From contig JALHQC010000015.1 in the NCBI GenBank assembly GCA_022842165.1, forward strand, positions 12,030-76,029: 64,000 nt of DNA, written 5' to 3'. The notes under the pieces are model-generated. The model saw nothing but the letters and a program-made list of their open reading frames with translations. It had not been told where the DNA came from and did not search any database. Shown here one piece after another: positions 37,526 through 46,341 of the stretch (the first letter of the stretch is position 1; the number at the start of each line of letters is the position of its first letter). This DNA is from a bacterium (GTDB taxonomy: Bacteria > Pseudomonadota > Alphaproteobacteria > Rhizobiales > Aestuariivirgaceae). The translations under genes were made by a program, and so were the position numbers.

Positions 37526-39319
37526 ATGGAACTGACCGCAGACATCATTACCTGCCTCGCTATCCTAGTGTCGGCGATCATCCTGTTCTCATGGGACCGG
37601 ATACCATCGGATGTCGTCGCCCTGGGCGTGCTGCTTGCGGTGGTGGCAACTGGCCTCGTTCCGGCGGAGCAGGCCTTCCTCGGCTTCGGAAGCGGTACGG
37701 TCATCATGATCCTCGGATTTTTCGTGATGACGGCCGCCCTCTCGCACACGGGCATCGTCGATACGGTCGGCATGTGGATACTCTCGCATGTGGGGAACAG
37801 GCCATCGGTTCTCCTCGCGGTCATCATGGTGTCGGTTTCAACCCTGTCGGCCTTCATCAGCAACACCGCCGCCACGGCCTTCTTCATACCCGTCGTGCTG
37901 GGCCTGGCGCTGCGGAACAACACCAGCCCCTCGCGCCTGTTGATGCCTTTGGCCTTCGCCGCCATCCTCACGAGCTCGGTTTCGCTGATCAGCACATCCA
38001 CCAACATGGTGATCAGCGAGTTGATGGTGCGCGGCGGGCAAGCCCCCATGGGCATGTTCGAACTGGCGCCCGCCGGCATACCAGTCGCTATTGCTGGGCT
38101 CGTCTACATGCTGACCATCGGGGTACGGCTCATGCCGAACCGGAAGGCGCAGGAAGCCACGCAGGAAGAGGTTGGAGATCGCAGTTACAATGCCGATCTC
38201 GTCGTACCCGACGACTCGCCGCTGATCGGGGTTCCGCTCGCTCAGTCGCCTGTGGGAACCGATTCCGGCTTCAACGTCGTAAGACTCGTCCGCGATGGCA
38301 AGTCGCTGGCGGACCGCGCGGAGGCTACGCTCGAGGCCGGCGACGTCATCGTTGTCGAAGGCCGGCGCCGCGACCTGATCCGCGTCAAGGATATCAGCGG
38401 ACTCGACATCAAGGCGGATGTCCATCTTCCCGACGAAACGGAGGAAGACGGCGAGGAGCCCTCGATCGTCGAGGGCGTGCTGATGCCGAACTCGCCGCTG
38501 ATCGGACACTCGTTGCGGAGCGCCGAATTCTTCGACCGATACGGTCTCAAGGTCCTTGGCCTCAACCGCGCCAGCCTCACCCGGCCCAGACCCTTGAGCC
38601 AGATCCGCTTGCGGCTTGGCGATGTGCTGTTGCTGCAGGGCAAACCCGAAAACGTCAAGGCACTGGAACGCGGCAACCTGTTCAACATTTTCGGCGGCGT
38701 CCCCACCGAACGGCTCAACACCACTCATGCGGCGCTGGCGGTGGCAATTTTCGCGGCGGCGCTGATCGCCGTGAGCTTTGGCATCGTGGCGATGCCGGTG
38801 GCGGCGATCGGGGGCGCCTTCCTCATGATGCTGACGCGCTGCATTTCCCCCGACGAGGCCTATCGCAAGGTCGAGTGGAAAGTGTTGATCCTGATCGGGT
38901 CGTTGCTGTCGCTGGGTGCTGCCATGGAAGCCAGCGGCGCGGGACAATACCTGGCTGCCATGTTGATCCAAGTTGTCGGCGACCAGAGCCCGCTGCTGGT
39001 TCTGGGCTGCTTCTTCGTCTTGACGGTGGCACTGACACAGCCGATGTCGAACCAGGCCGCAGCAATCGTCGTGGTGCCGATCGCCTTCGAGACGGCCCGT
39101 CAGCTCAACCTCAACCCGCGCAGCTTTGCGATGATGATCGCCATCGCTGCAAGCTGTTCGTATCTGACGCCGCTGGAGCCTTCGAGCCTCATGGTCTATG
39201 GCCCAGGCAAATACCGCTTCATGGATTTCGTGCGCGTCGGCTTCCCTTTGACGTTTCTGATTTTCGCGATCGCCATGATTCTGGTGCCGATCATCTGGCC
39301 GCTGTCGGCACCGGCTTAA
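37526..39319 (+). CDS. SLC13/DASS-family permease with two TrkA-C (RCK-C) domains
   Basis: SAFISNTA, STSTNMV, two RCK-C-like repeats, MSNQAAA, YLTPL, GPG.YRFMDF.RVG; ATG 37526 follows the promoter. Confidence 0.88.
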   Translation: MELTADIITCLAILVSAIILFSWDRIPSDVVALGVLLAVVATGLVPAEQAFLGFGSGTVIMILGFFVMTAALSHTGIVDTVGMWILSHVGNRPSVLLAVIMVSVSTLSAFISNTAATAFFIPVVLGLALRNNTSPSRLLMPLAFAAILTSSVSLISTSTNMVISELMVRGGQAPMGMFELAPAGIPVAIAGLVYMLTIGVRLMPNRKAQEATQEEVGDRSYNADLVVPDDSPLIGVPLAQSPVGTDSGFNVVRLVRDGKSLADRAEATLEAGDVIVVEGRRRDLIRVKDISGLDIKADVHLPDETEEDGEEPSIVEGVLMPNSPLIGHSLRSAEFFDRYGLKVLGLNRASLTRPRPLSQIRLRLGDVLLLQGKPENVKALERGNLFNIFGGVPTERLNTTHAALAVAIFAAALIAVSFGIVAMPVAAIGGAFLMMLTRCISPDEAYRKVEWKVLILIGSLLSLGAAMEASGAGQYLAAMLIQVVGDQSPLLVLGCFFVLTVALTQPMSNQAAAIVVVPIAFETARQLNLNPRSFAMMIAIAASCSYLTPLEPSSLMVYGPGKYRFMDFVRVGFPLTFLIFAIAMILVPIIWPLSAPA

Positions 39320-39379
39320 GGCGCAGCCAGCAGCAAGCTTCCAGCAGATCGTGTCAGAGGTGCGGGCGGGGCGCATTCC

Positions 39380-39404
39380 GGAACTTCGGCTCCGACCAGC
39401 GGTT
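39380..39404 (+). promoter_or_regulatory. Variant EcfG-type promoter for yciF
   Basis: GGAAC-N16-GGTT. Confidence 0.55.
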
Positions 39405-39483
39405 GCTGATCCGGATCGCAAATGGCAACGCAACATCAAGCCGCGAAGCCCGTTCTGCAATATTTAATGGCGAGGAGCCTAAC

Positions 39484-39975
39484 ATGGCCGTGCAAACACT
39501 ACAGGATCTGTTCATCGAGACGCTCAAAGACCTCTACTATGTGGAGAAGACGCTGGTGAAAAGCCTGCCCAACATGGCCCGCAAGGCGTCATCCCCCGAT
39601 CTTCAGGCGGCGATCGAAAGTCACATCGCGGAAACCGAGGCCCAGGTCGGAAGGATCGAACAGATTTTCGAACTGCTAGGCGAGCGCGCGGCGGCCAAGA
39701 AATGCGAGGCACTGGAAGGCCTGTTGAAAGAAGCCGACGAAGTGACGCAGCAAATCAACGACAGGCAGACCCTCGATGCCGCCATCATCGCGTCGGCGCA
39801 GACGGTCGAGCACTACGAGATTGCGCGCTACGGTACGCTGGCCTGCTGGGCCGCTGAAATCGGCCAGGCCGAGATAGCACAACTCCTCGAACAGACGCTG
39901 GATGAGGAACGGGCCGCCGATGACAAGCTCAGCATGCTGGCAGAGAATTCTGTCAACCAGCAGGCGGTTGCCTGA
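39484..39975 (+). CDS. yciF: Ferritin-like DUF892 / YciF stress protein
   Basis: LKDLYYVEK, H..ETE.QV.RIEQIF, KCEALEGLLKE, VEHYEIARYGTL; GAGGAG RBS. Confidence 0.9.
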   Translation: MAVQTLQDLFIETLKDLYYVEKTLVKSLPNMARKASSPDLQAAIESHIAETEAQVGRIEQIFELLGERAAAKKCEALEGLLKEADEVTQQINDRQTLDAAIIASAQTVEHYEIARYGTLACWAAEIGQAEIAQLLEQTLDEERAADDKLSMLAENSVNQQAVA

Positions 39976-40072
39976 CCCTTCTGCACATCGGCAGCTGAAG
40001 CAGGACAATGCCCGCAGGCCATATCCGCTCGCGGGCAGTTCCGTATCTAGTGTTTCAGTGGTTGTGAGGAAC

Positions 40073-41167
40073 TCAAGCGTCCGGAACGCTGTGCGTATGA
40101 GGAGAGCGCGGCGTTGCCGAAGGGTCGCCCTCAAGCCCGTATATCGCGGCGTGGATGCCCCAGTAGCTTGTGGCGAAGAGTACCAGTGCAAGCGCGAGCG
40201 ATGCCGGCACCATCGCGATCGCCCGCAGGCTTGCCTGGGCCTGCGGCGCGGCCTTCGTCTGATCCGCGGCGATGGCGATGATGATGGCCATGATCAGGGC
40301 ATGACCGATCAGATCGACCCGGCCAAAGGGATAGACCGCAGCAGTGAAGATGACGAGCAAGGCGATGGCCGAAAGCCGGCGCACCAGCGGGGTCCACAGC
40401 ATGCCGAAACCCAGCGTGAACTCCGCCACCCCCGCCATGGGAATGAAAACATCGCGCGGCAGGCCAAAGGTGAGGAACGGCTTTTCCACCACCAGGGGAT
40501 AGAACCAGTCAGGATAGGCGAATTTTTCCAGGCTGGACCACATGAGGGCGATCGCGACACCCCATCGCAGCACGGAGAACCGGTGCTTTCGCCAGGTTTC
40601 GCGACTGGATGACTCCATGACGAGATAGGCGGCGACGGCAACACCGAGAGCCAGATAGTCGAGCAGGTGGAAAAAGGCATAGTCGCGCAAGGCGACGACC
40701 CACAGCAGGATGATCAGGCCCGCGGCAATGAACTGCGTGGCGCGGAAAAAGACGAGAGCGGCAATCAGCAGCTGAAGCCATGAGACCCACTCGGCGGGTG
40801 TCCGCAGGTCCGGCGTCAGATAAACGCCGCCGACCGCGAAGACAGCGACAAAGAATGCGGCAATGACGGCGCGGACAAAGTCATCGAGCCGCGAACCGAT
40901 GGGCTCGGTCACCCGGTTCAGCCCGGCGAGAGCGGTCTGCCCGAGGCGCGACTGCTCGACAAGATACGTGGCGATGAAGAAAACAATGACGAGCGCCAGT
41001 CCGGTCCAGAACCATGGATCCTCAAGAGTGCGGATGACGGGCTGTGGTGCTGCCTCCACGATATAGGGCGCAAACCACTTCACATGTGCGGAAGCCGGCA
41101 CAGCCATGCACCCGCTCCAGACGGAAACGGCAGCGAATATGGAATTGATCGCTCTGGCTCTGCTCAT
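40073..41167 (-). CDS. DoxX-family membrane protein (AHVKWF type)
   Basis: Signal peptide ending ASA|HVKWFAPY; duplicated DoxX-like halves; SSLEKFAYP, DLIGH. Confidence 0.7.
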   Translation of the reverse strand: MSRARAINSIFAAVSVWSGCMAVPASAHVKWFAPYIVEAAPQPVIRTLEDPWFWTGLALVIVFFIATYLVEQSRLGQTALAGLNRVTEPIGSRLDDFVRAVIAAFFVAVFAVGGVYLTPDLRTPAEWVSWLQLLIAALVFFRATQFIAAGLIILLWVVALRDYAFFHLLDYLALGVAVAAYLVMESSSRETWRKHRFSVLRWGVAIALMWSSLEKFAYPDWFYPLVVEKPFLTFGLPRDVFIPMAGVAEFTLGFGMLWTPLVRRLSAIALLVIFTAAVYPFGRVDLIGHALIMAIIIAIAADQTKAAPQAQASLRAIAMVPASLALALVLFATSYWGIHAAIYGLEGDPSATPRSPHTHSVPDA

Positions 41168-41199
41168 GCTCCACCATCACCGGCAGGTGTCCGGAGCGG

Positions 41200-41224
41200 A
41201 ACGGCGCAAAACTGGCAGGGTTCC
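41200..41224 (-). promoter_or_regulatory. EcfG-type promoter for the DoxX-like gene
   Basis: Minus strand GGAAC-N16-CGTT, 32 nt upstream of the ATG. Confidence 0.82.
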
Positions 41225-41248
41225 CATCAGGGTGACGGCGGCCAGACG

Positions 41249-42304
41249 CTAGTCGTAACCGGTCATCTCGATATAACCGCGCCCGGCATGGGTCCCCTCG
41301 AAACGCACCGGTCCTTCCCAATACGACACTTGTGTCGCCATCCAGGCTTCGGGGTTGAGCGCCCGCGTTTCGACGCGAAATCCCTTCGCGGGAAGTTCCA
41401 CCCTCCAGCGAGTCGGGACTTCGCGGCCTGCGACTGTTTCGGTTTCGAGCGGGGTGACTGCAAGGGCAGCGGGGGGCTGGGGCTCGGGAGTTCCGTCCGG
41501 TGCGATCCAGGTGGCAGACGTAAACCCGCCGGTTTCATCGCGCAGCCGGAAGCCCATCAGTTTCTCGCCCGATTCGAGGTGGAAGGAAAACCAGTCCCAC
41601 CCGGTCTGGCTGGGTGCCAGGGGCTGCGACGACCATTCATGGTCGAGCCAGGCCTGCCCCTCGACCGCAACGTCACCGCCGGGGAGCGACAGCGTGCCGC
41701 TGACGGCATAGAAGGGCTGCGAATAATAGAAACTTGCCTGGCCTTCAGCCGATTTCACCGAATATCCCTGTTGCCCCTGCAGCACAGGCGGGCGCTGGGC
41801 ATCGAGCTTCAGCTTATAGGAGAACTCCTTGCCCGACGCCGAAAGGTCGATTTTCGAAATCTGGTCCACGCCCCCGGCCGCTGAAGATGCCATGCGCCAG
41901 TCGTCGATCCAGGCGGCGAAGGGTTCCGCCGTAACGCCTGCCTGCCCGATGCCGCCACGCGACATGCGCTCGGCCACGAAATGACTCGTTGCCGAGGTCA
42001 CCGCAGCGTGACCCATCCACAGTTGCGGGCTGTCCCATCCGGCTTTCTCCTGCGGCGCCAGCGCCGAACGGAACAGGGTCCACTGCACGCCGTAATCCTC
42101 GCCGTCGGCGCCCTTCAGGTTCGCCGTGAGATACCACCATTCGATGCGGTACTCGGGATGCGGGCCGTGGTCCCTGGGAAAGATGATCGCACTGCCGGGC
42201 TGCGGAACGGCGAAGCCTTCGGCGTCCGTTCCCAGGCCAGCAAACCCCTGGGCCAGGGCTGGAACGGCGAGGAAGAGATAGATCAGAAACGCCCTAACGC
42301 TCAT
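41249..42304 (-). CDS. Secreted lipocalin-like / AttH (CrtC-like) protein
   Basis: Signal peptide; FPRDHGPHP.YRIEWWYLTANL, YYYSQP-like SFYYSQP, WLDHEWSSQ, GWDWF, YWEGPV. Confidence 0.82.
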   Translation of the reverse strand: MSVRAFLIYLFLAVPALAQGFAGLGTDAEGFAVPQPGSAIIFPRDHGPHPEYRIEWWYLTANLKGADGEDYGVQWTLFRSALAPQEKAGWDSPQLWMGHAAVTSATSHFVAERMSRGGIGQAGVTAEPFAAWIDDWRMASSAAGGVDQISKIDLSASGKEFSYKLKLDAQRPPVLQGQQGYSVKSAEGQASFYYSQPFYAVSGTLSLPGGDVAVEGQAWLDHEWSSQPLAPSQTGWDWFSFHLESGEKLMGFRLRDETGGFTSATWIAPDGTPEPQPPAALAVTPLETETVAGREVPTRWRVELPAKGFRVETRALNPEAWMATQVSYWEGPVRFEGTHAGRGYIEMTGYD

Positions 42305-44708
42305 GGGCAAAGACTTTCAGCAATACGGCGGGCCGCAGATTGAGCAAGCGCAGCGCAGGCAGGAGGGCAGCGGCGCCGGCCGCGGCAAGCGACAGCGCGC
42401 CGAGCAAAGCCCAATCGGCCGGGAAGACGTAAAGCGGCAGGCGCCAACCGAAGGCTTCGACATTGATGACCGCGAGCAGCACCCATGCGAGGCCAAGACC
42501 GGCTGGAATCGCGAGCAGCAGGGTCAACGCCGCAAGAGAAACGCTGCGGGCGAGTTCGAGCGCGGCGAGGTGCCGGCGTGTAAGCCCCATGGCCCATACC
42601 GGCGCCAGTTGCGGCAGGCGCATTCCCGCCAGTGTCAGCAGGCTCGAGAGGATCGCCAGGCCCGCGACGGCGAGGGTCAGAACGTTGAGTGCCGCGGTTA
42701 CCGCAAATGTCCGCTCGAAGATCTTCAACGAGAAGGATTTGATGCTGGCCTGATCGACAACATTTTGTGCCGGGAGACCGAATGCGGTGAGAAGGTCTTC
42801 CCGGAGTTTTCCGGCCTTCTCCGGATCGATCCGGACGGCATATCTCAGGCGGCCGATATCGGGATAAAACCTGACGAGGGTATCGTTGCCCAGAATTACC
42901 TGGCCCTTTGGGTTTCCATAGTCGGAAAAAATTCCAGCGACCGGCAGGCGATGGCCCCCCGGCAAGGTCACGTCCGCTCCCAGCCGCAGCGACAGGCGCC
43001 GGGCCAGCTGTTCGTTGACCATCAGGGCTTTTCCTTGTGCAACGAAGTCCCACACCTGCGGATCGGCGGTAAGTAGCGGCCACTTCTCCCGATATGTCGC
43101 GTGATCGAGGATGCCGAAGATCTGGACTTGCTGATTTGCAATTTGCCCCTCGGTACTCCAGATCGGCAACACCGCATCGCTGCGCGGTGAAAGCCAATTG
43201 CGCAATGCTGCGGCTTCTTCCTCGGTGCGGGCCGTGACGTAGAGTTCGGAGGTCAGGCGCTGATCGAGCCAGCCGACGAAGGTGAGGCGGAAACTCGACA
43301 CCATCGTGCCGACGCCGATGTTCGTTGCAAGCGCCAGAAGCAAGGCCATGAGTGCGAGCGAAAGACCCGGAAGCTGCTGGCGCGTATCGGCCCAGAACCA
43401 TTCCCCCAGAGCGGATGAAGAAACCCGCGCGCCGCCGGCGATGAGCCAGGAGAGCAGCAACGGCAGCAGCAGCGCGGCACCGAGAAGCATAGCCGCCAGC
43501 AAGGCAAAACCCGCAGCGAGTCCGGTGCCGAAATGCGCAAGCAGCAGCGCACCCGCCAGCAATGCCGCTCCGGCGATTGCCTGCAGCCGCATGTGGCGCT
43601 CGGAAGCCCTTGCCCATGCGCGCGGCTGGGCCGGGGCAAGCAAAGTCATGCGGGACACCTGCCAAAGTCCCCGCCCCGCCGAGAGAAAGGTCCCGGCGAC
43701 CGAAATCGCCACGCCCGCAAGCCACACCGCCGGGCGGATCGAAAGCGAACCCGGCACTTCGGCGCCATAGAGTCCGCGCAAGCTTGCTGCGACGTCGGGC
43801 AGCAGCAAGGATGCAATCCAATATCCCAGCACGACGCCCGCAAATCCGGCGATGAGAGCGAACACCGAAAGCTCGGCAACAAGCAGAAGGGTCAGCGCGC
43901 GGGCGGGCAATCCGAGCGCGCGCAGGGTGCGGAATACTGGCCGGCGCTGCTCGAAGGCCAGACCGATGGCCGCGTGAACGATGAAAAGCCCAACAGCGAA
44001 GGCCAGGAATCCGAAGGCTGTGAGGTTAAGGTGAAAACTGTCGGTCAGCCGGGACAGGTCGCTTTCCGCCGCTGGCGTCCTTACCTCGAGTTCCGGCGCG
44101 AGAATGGACAATGCGGCGCGGTCGATGAGCTGGTCCGGCGGCAGAAGAAGCCGCGACAGCCGTGGCCCGACGCCTAGAATGTCCTGGGCGATGCCAATAT
44201 CCGTCAGCGCTGTGCCGGCGGGAAGACTGTCGACAATCCGCAAGGGTGGTGCCGCATGCCCGGCAAGCCGCCGGGCGGTTTCCGCCGACACGAAGAACAA
44301 GCCAGGCGGAGCGATGAAGGCCCCAAGCCCGCCTTCGGCGGCCATGACATCGATCTGACGCGCCACCGGCGGCAGGGTGAGCGGGTCAATGCCGATGATC
44401 TTCACCCGCTGCTCGCCATACCGCTTTTCTCCTTCGACTACTGGCGAGACCAGCCAGCCATTCCGGCGCAGCGTGACGAACAGCTGTTGATCGAAGCGGG
44501 CTCCATCGGCGCGGGCAAGGCTTGCAAGCCTGTCCTGTCCCAGAACCGCCGCGGCCCGGGCGTAGCTCGCGCGCGCTTCGCCATTGATGGCCTGTACCGC
44601 GGACCATAGCCCCGTGGCGAGCGAAAGCCCCAGCAGCAGCATGGCAAGCTGAAGCGGCTTGCGCCGCCAGTGAGACAAGAGCGCCGCAAGGCCAGATCGC
44701 CACATCAT
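42294..44708 (-). CDS. FtsX-like ABC transporter permease (AttG-like)
   Basis: SHWRRKP.QL, FHLNLTAF, SFR.TF..WL.QRL, IFERTFAVT, AFGWRL. Confidence 0.85.
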   Translation of the reverse strand: MMWRSGLAALLSHWRRKPLQLAMLLLGLSLATGLWSAVQAINGEARASYARAAAVLGQDRLASLARADGARFDQQLFVTLRRNGWLVSPVVEGEKRYGEQRVKIIGIDPLTLPPVARQIDVMAAEGGLGAFIAPPGLFFVSAETARRLAGHAAPPLRIVDSLPAGTALTDIGIAQDILGVGPRLSRLLLPPDQLIDRAALSILAPELEVRTPAAESDLSRLTDSFHLNLTAFGFLAFAVGLFIVHAAIGLAFEQRRPVFRTLRALGLPARALTLLLVAELSVFALIAGFAGVVLGYWIASLLLPDVAASLRGLYGAEVPGSLSIRPAVWLAGVAISVAGTFLSAGRGLWQVSRMTLLAPAQPRAWARASERHMRLQAIAGAALLAGALLLAHFGTGLAAGFALLAAMLLGAALLLPLLLSWLIAGGARVSSSALGEWFWADTRQQLPGLSLALMALLLALATNIGVGTMVSSFRLTFVGWLDQRLTSELYVTARTEEEAAALRNWLSPRSDAVLPIWSTEGQIANQQVQIFGILDHATYREKWPLLTADPQVWDFVAQGKALMVNEQLARRLSLRLGADVTLPGGHRLPVAGIFSDYGNPKGQVILGNDTLVRFYPDIGRLRYAVRIDPEKAGKLREDLLTAFGLPAQNVVDQASIKSFSLKIFERTFAVTAALNVLTLAVAGLAILSSLLTLAGMRLPQLAPVWAMGLTRRHLAALELARSVSLAALTLLLAIPAGLGLAWVLLAVINVEAFGWRLPLYVFPADWALLGALSLAAAGAAALLPALRLLNLRPAVLLKVFAHER

Positions 44709-45385
44709 GCCAGGCGTCCATTGCGCAGATGCACGCGACCATCGAGCCGGGCCGCCAGCCGCGTCGAATGGGTGACCATCAAGAGGGACGCCCCGGTTTC
44801 GGCCTGGAGCGACAGCATCAGATCGAGCACGGCATCGCCGGTTGCCTCGTCGAGGTTGCCAGTGGGTTCGTCCGCGAGAATCAACCGCGGCCTGACCGCA
44901 AGCGTACGGCCAATGGCGACGCGCTGCTGCTGGCCGCCGGACAGTTGTTCCGGGTAACGCGCGAGGAAGGGTTTGAGGCCAAGGCGTTCAGCCAGTCCCG
45001 CCGTCCATGCCGGATCGAAGCGGCCGGCGAGCCGGGCCTGAAATGCAAGATTTGCCGCCACGTCGAGCGAGGGGATCAGGTTGAACTGCTGAAACACCAG
45101 GCCCACCGTTCCCCGGCGAAGAGCTGCGAGCCCAGCATCGTCGAGCGCTGCGATATTCTGCCCATTGAGAACGATGCTGCCAGAATCCGGCGTATCCAGT
45201 CCGGCCACAAGATGCAGAAGCGTACTCTTTCCGCTGCCGGATTCGCCCGTGAGCGCAATGCTCTTGCCCGGCTCCAGCGACAGGTTCACGTTTTTCAGAA
45301 CCTGAAGCGGCCCTTCGCTGGTGGCAAAGGCCTTGCTGACATCGTGGAGACGGAGAAGCATTCGGTCTTTCTTGATACGCGGCAT
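44705..45385 (-). CDS. ABC transporter ATP-binding protein (LolD/MacB-like)
   Basis: GESGSGKST, LSGGQQQRV, ILADEPTGNLD. Confidence 0.92.
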   Translation of the reverse strand: MPRIKKDRMLLRLHDVSKAFATSEGPLQVLKNVNLSLEPGKSIALTGESGSGKSTLLHLVAGLDTPDSGSIVLNGQNIAALDDAGLAALRRGTVGLVFQQFNLIPSLDVAANLAFQARLAGRFDPAWTAGLAERLGLKPFLARYPEQLSGGQQQRVAIGRTLAVRPRLILADEPTGNLDEATGDAVLDLMLSLQAETGASLLMVTHSTRLAARLDGRVHLRNGRLA

Positions 45386-45445
45386 TGATCCCTGATTACG
45401 CAGGACGGCGCAACACGGACCGGGGTTCCATCAGTAAGCAGGATG

Positions 45446-46213
45446 CTACTGCGCTTCAGTCATCCACGTGAGCATTTGCTGCCAGAGGCGGCGATAGCCC
45501 TGCCAGGCGCAAAATTCGGCCGACAGCCAGTGCGGGCCGATATCGGACGTCCACGCAACGGTGCGGCCTTTGCCATAGGTGCCGGCTACGAGCAGCGGGT
45601 GGCCGCCCTGATCCGCAGGCAGTGTGGCGATCACCTCGGCTCCGGGCTTCGGCCGCACCTCGTTGACGCCGAGCACCGGCGGCCAAGGCCCTGAAATCTC
45701 CTTAACGATGGCGTGGTTCGGCAGTTTCACCACTGCCGAAGCGCCTTCCGGCATCTCGATACGGTCGTCATAGGCCAGGCACTCGACAGGCAGTGCTTCC
45801 TCTACAGCCGTGCCACGCCAGCGCGCGCGGCCATCAATGCCCTGGAAGCTCAAATAACCGCCTATCATGGCCAGGCTACCGCCCTGTCCGACCCAATCGC
45901 GGATAAGCTTCACGCGGTTCGGAAAGGTTTTGGACCGCAGCCAGACGTCCGGATGCAGCAGGATCGAATTGGCGCCGATATCGGACAGCAATACGGCGTC
46001 GTATGACGACAGCGCCTCCATGGTGGCAGGGAACTTCTCGGGCGCATCGTGGCCCGTCATGTAATCTAGGTCAAAGGGGCTGTCTTTCAGCGCAGTCACG
46101 AGCGGTTCGGCTCCCAAATGAAAGGTGACGCTGCTGAATTGGTCAAACCCCTTGAAATGAGTGGAGGCCGAAACCCAGCTCTCGCCAACAAGCAAGACCC
46201 TTTTCTGCGGCAT
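45446..46213 (-). CDS. DUF1355 class I glutamine-amidotransferase-like protein
   Basis: LLVGESW, YDAVLLSDIGANS, MIGGY.SFQGI.G, WTSDIGPHW. Confidence 0.8.
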   Translation of the reverse strand: MPQKRVLLVGESWVSASTHFKGFDQFSSVTFHLGAEPLVTALKDSPFDLDYMTGHDAPEKFPATMEALSSYDAVLLSDIGANSILLHPDVWLRSKTFPNRVKLIRDWVGQGGSLAMIGGYLSFQGIDGRARWRGTAVEEALPVECLAYDDRIEMPEGASAVVKLPNHAIVKEISGPWPPVLGVNEVRPKPGAEVIATLPADQGGHPLLVAGTYGKGRTVAWTSDIGPHWLSAEFCAWQGYRRLWQQMLTWMTEAQ

Positions 46214-46294
46214 GTGCTGTTCCTCTTTGCGCCTCGATCCGGTTGACCACAAGTTAGAACAGGCAGACAGTCAGCCGCCACTGAAAACTCGGGC

Positions 46295-46320
46295 GGAACA
46301 GGGCCGGCTCCATGAACGTT
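46295..46320 (+). promoter_or_regulatory. EcfG-type promoter (17-nt spacer) for the secreted protein
   Basis: GGAAC-N17-CGTT. Confidence 0.55.
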
Positions 46321-46341
46321 GCGGCTGAGATGCGACAGCTC

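Noticed and set aside
37474-39975. 833-aa track ORF spanning the SLC13 gene and yciF
   Set aside because: Shifted frame of a GC3-rich gene (codons start with G/C, so stops are rare) that happens to be in frame with yciF; yciF has its own RBS and promoter at 39380-39484
45404-45429. GGAAC-N17-CGTC upstream of the AttF-like ATPase
   Set aside because: Both spacer and -10 deviate from consensus; not counted as an EcfG promoter
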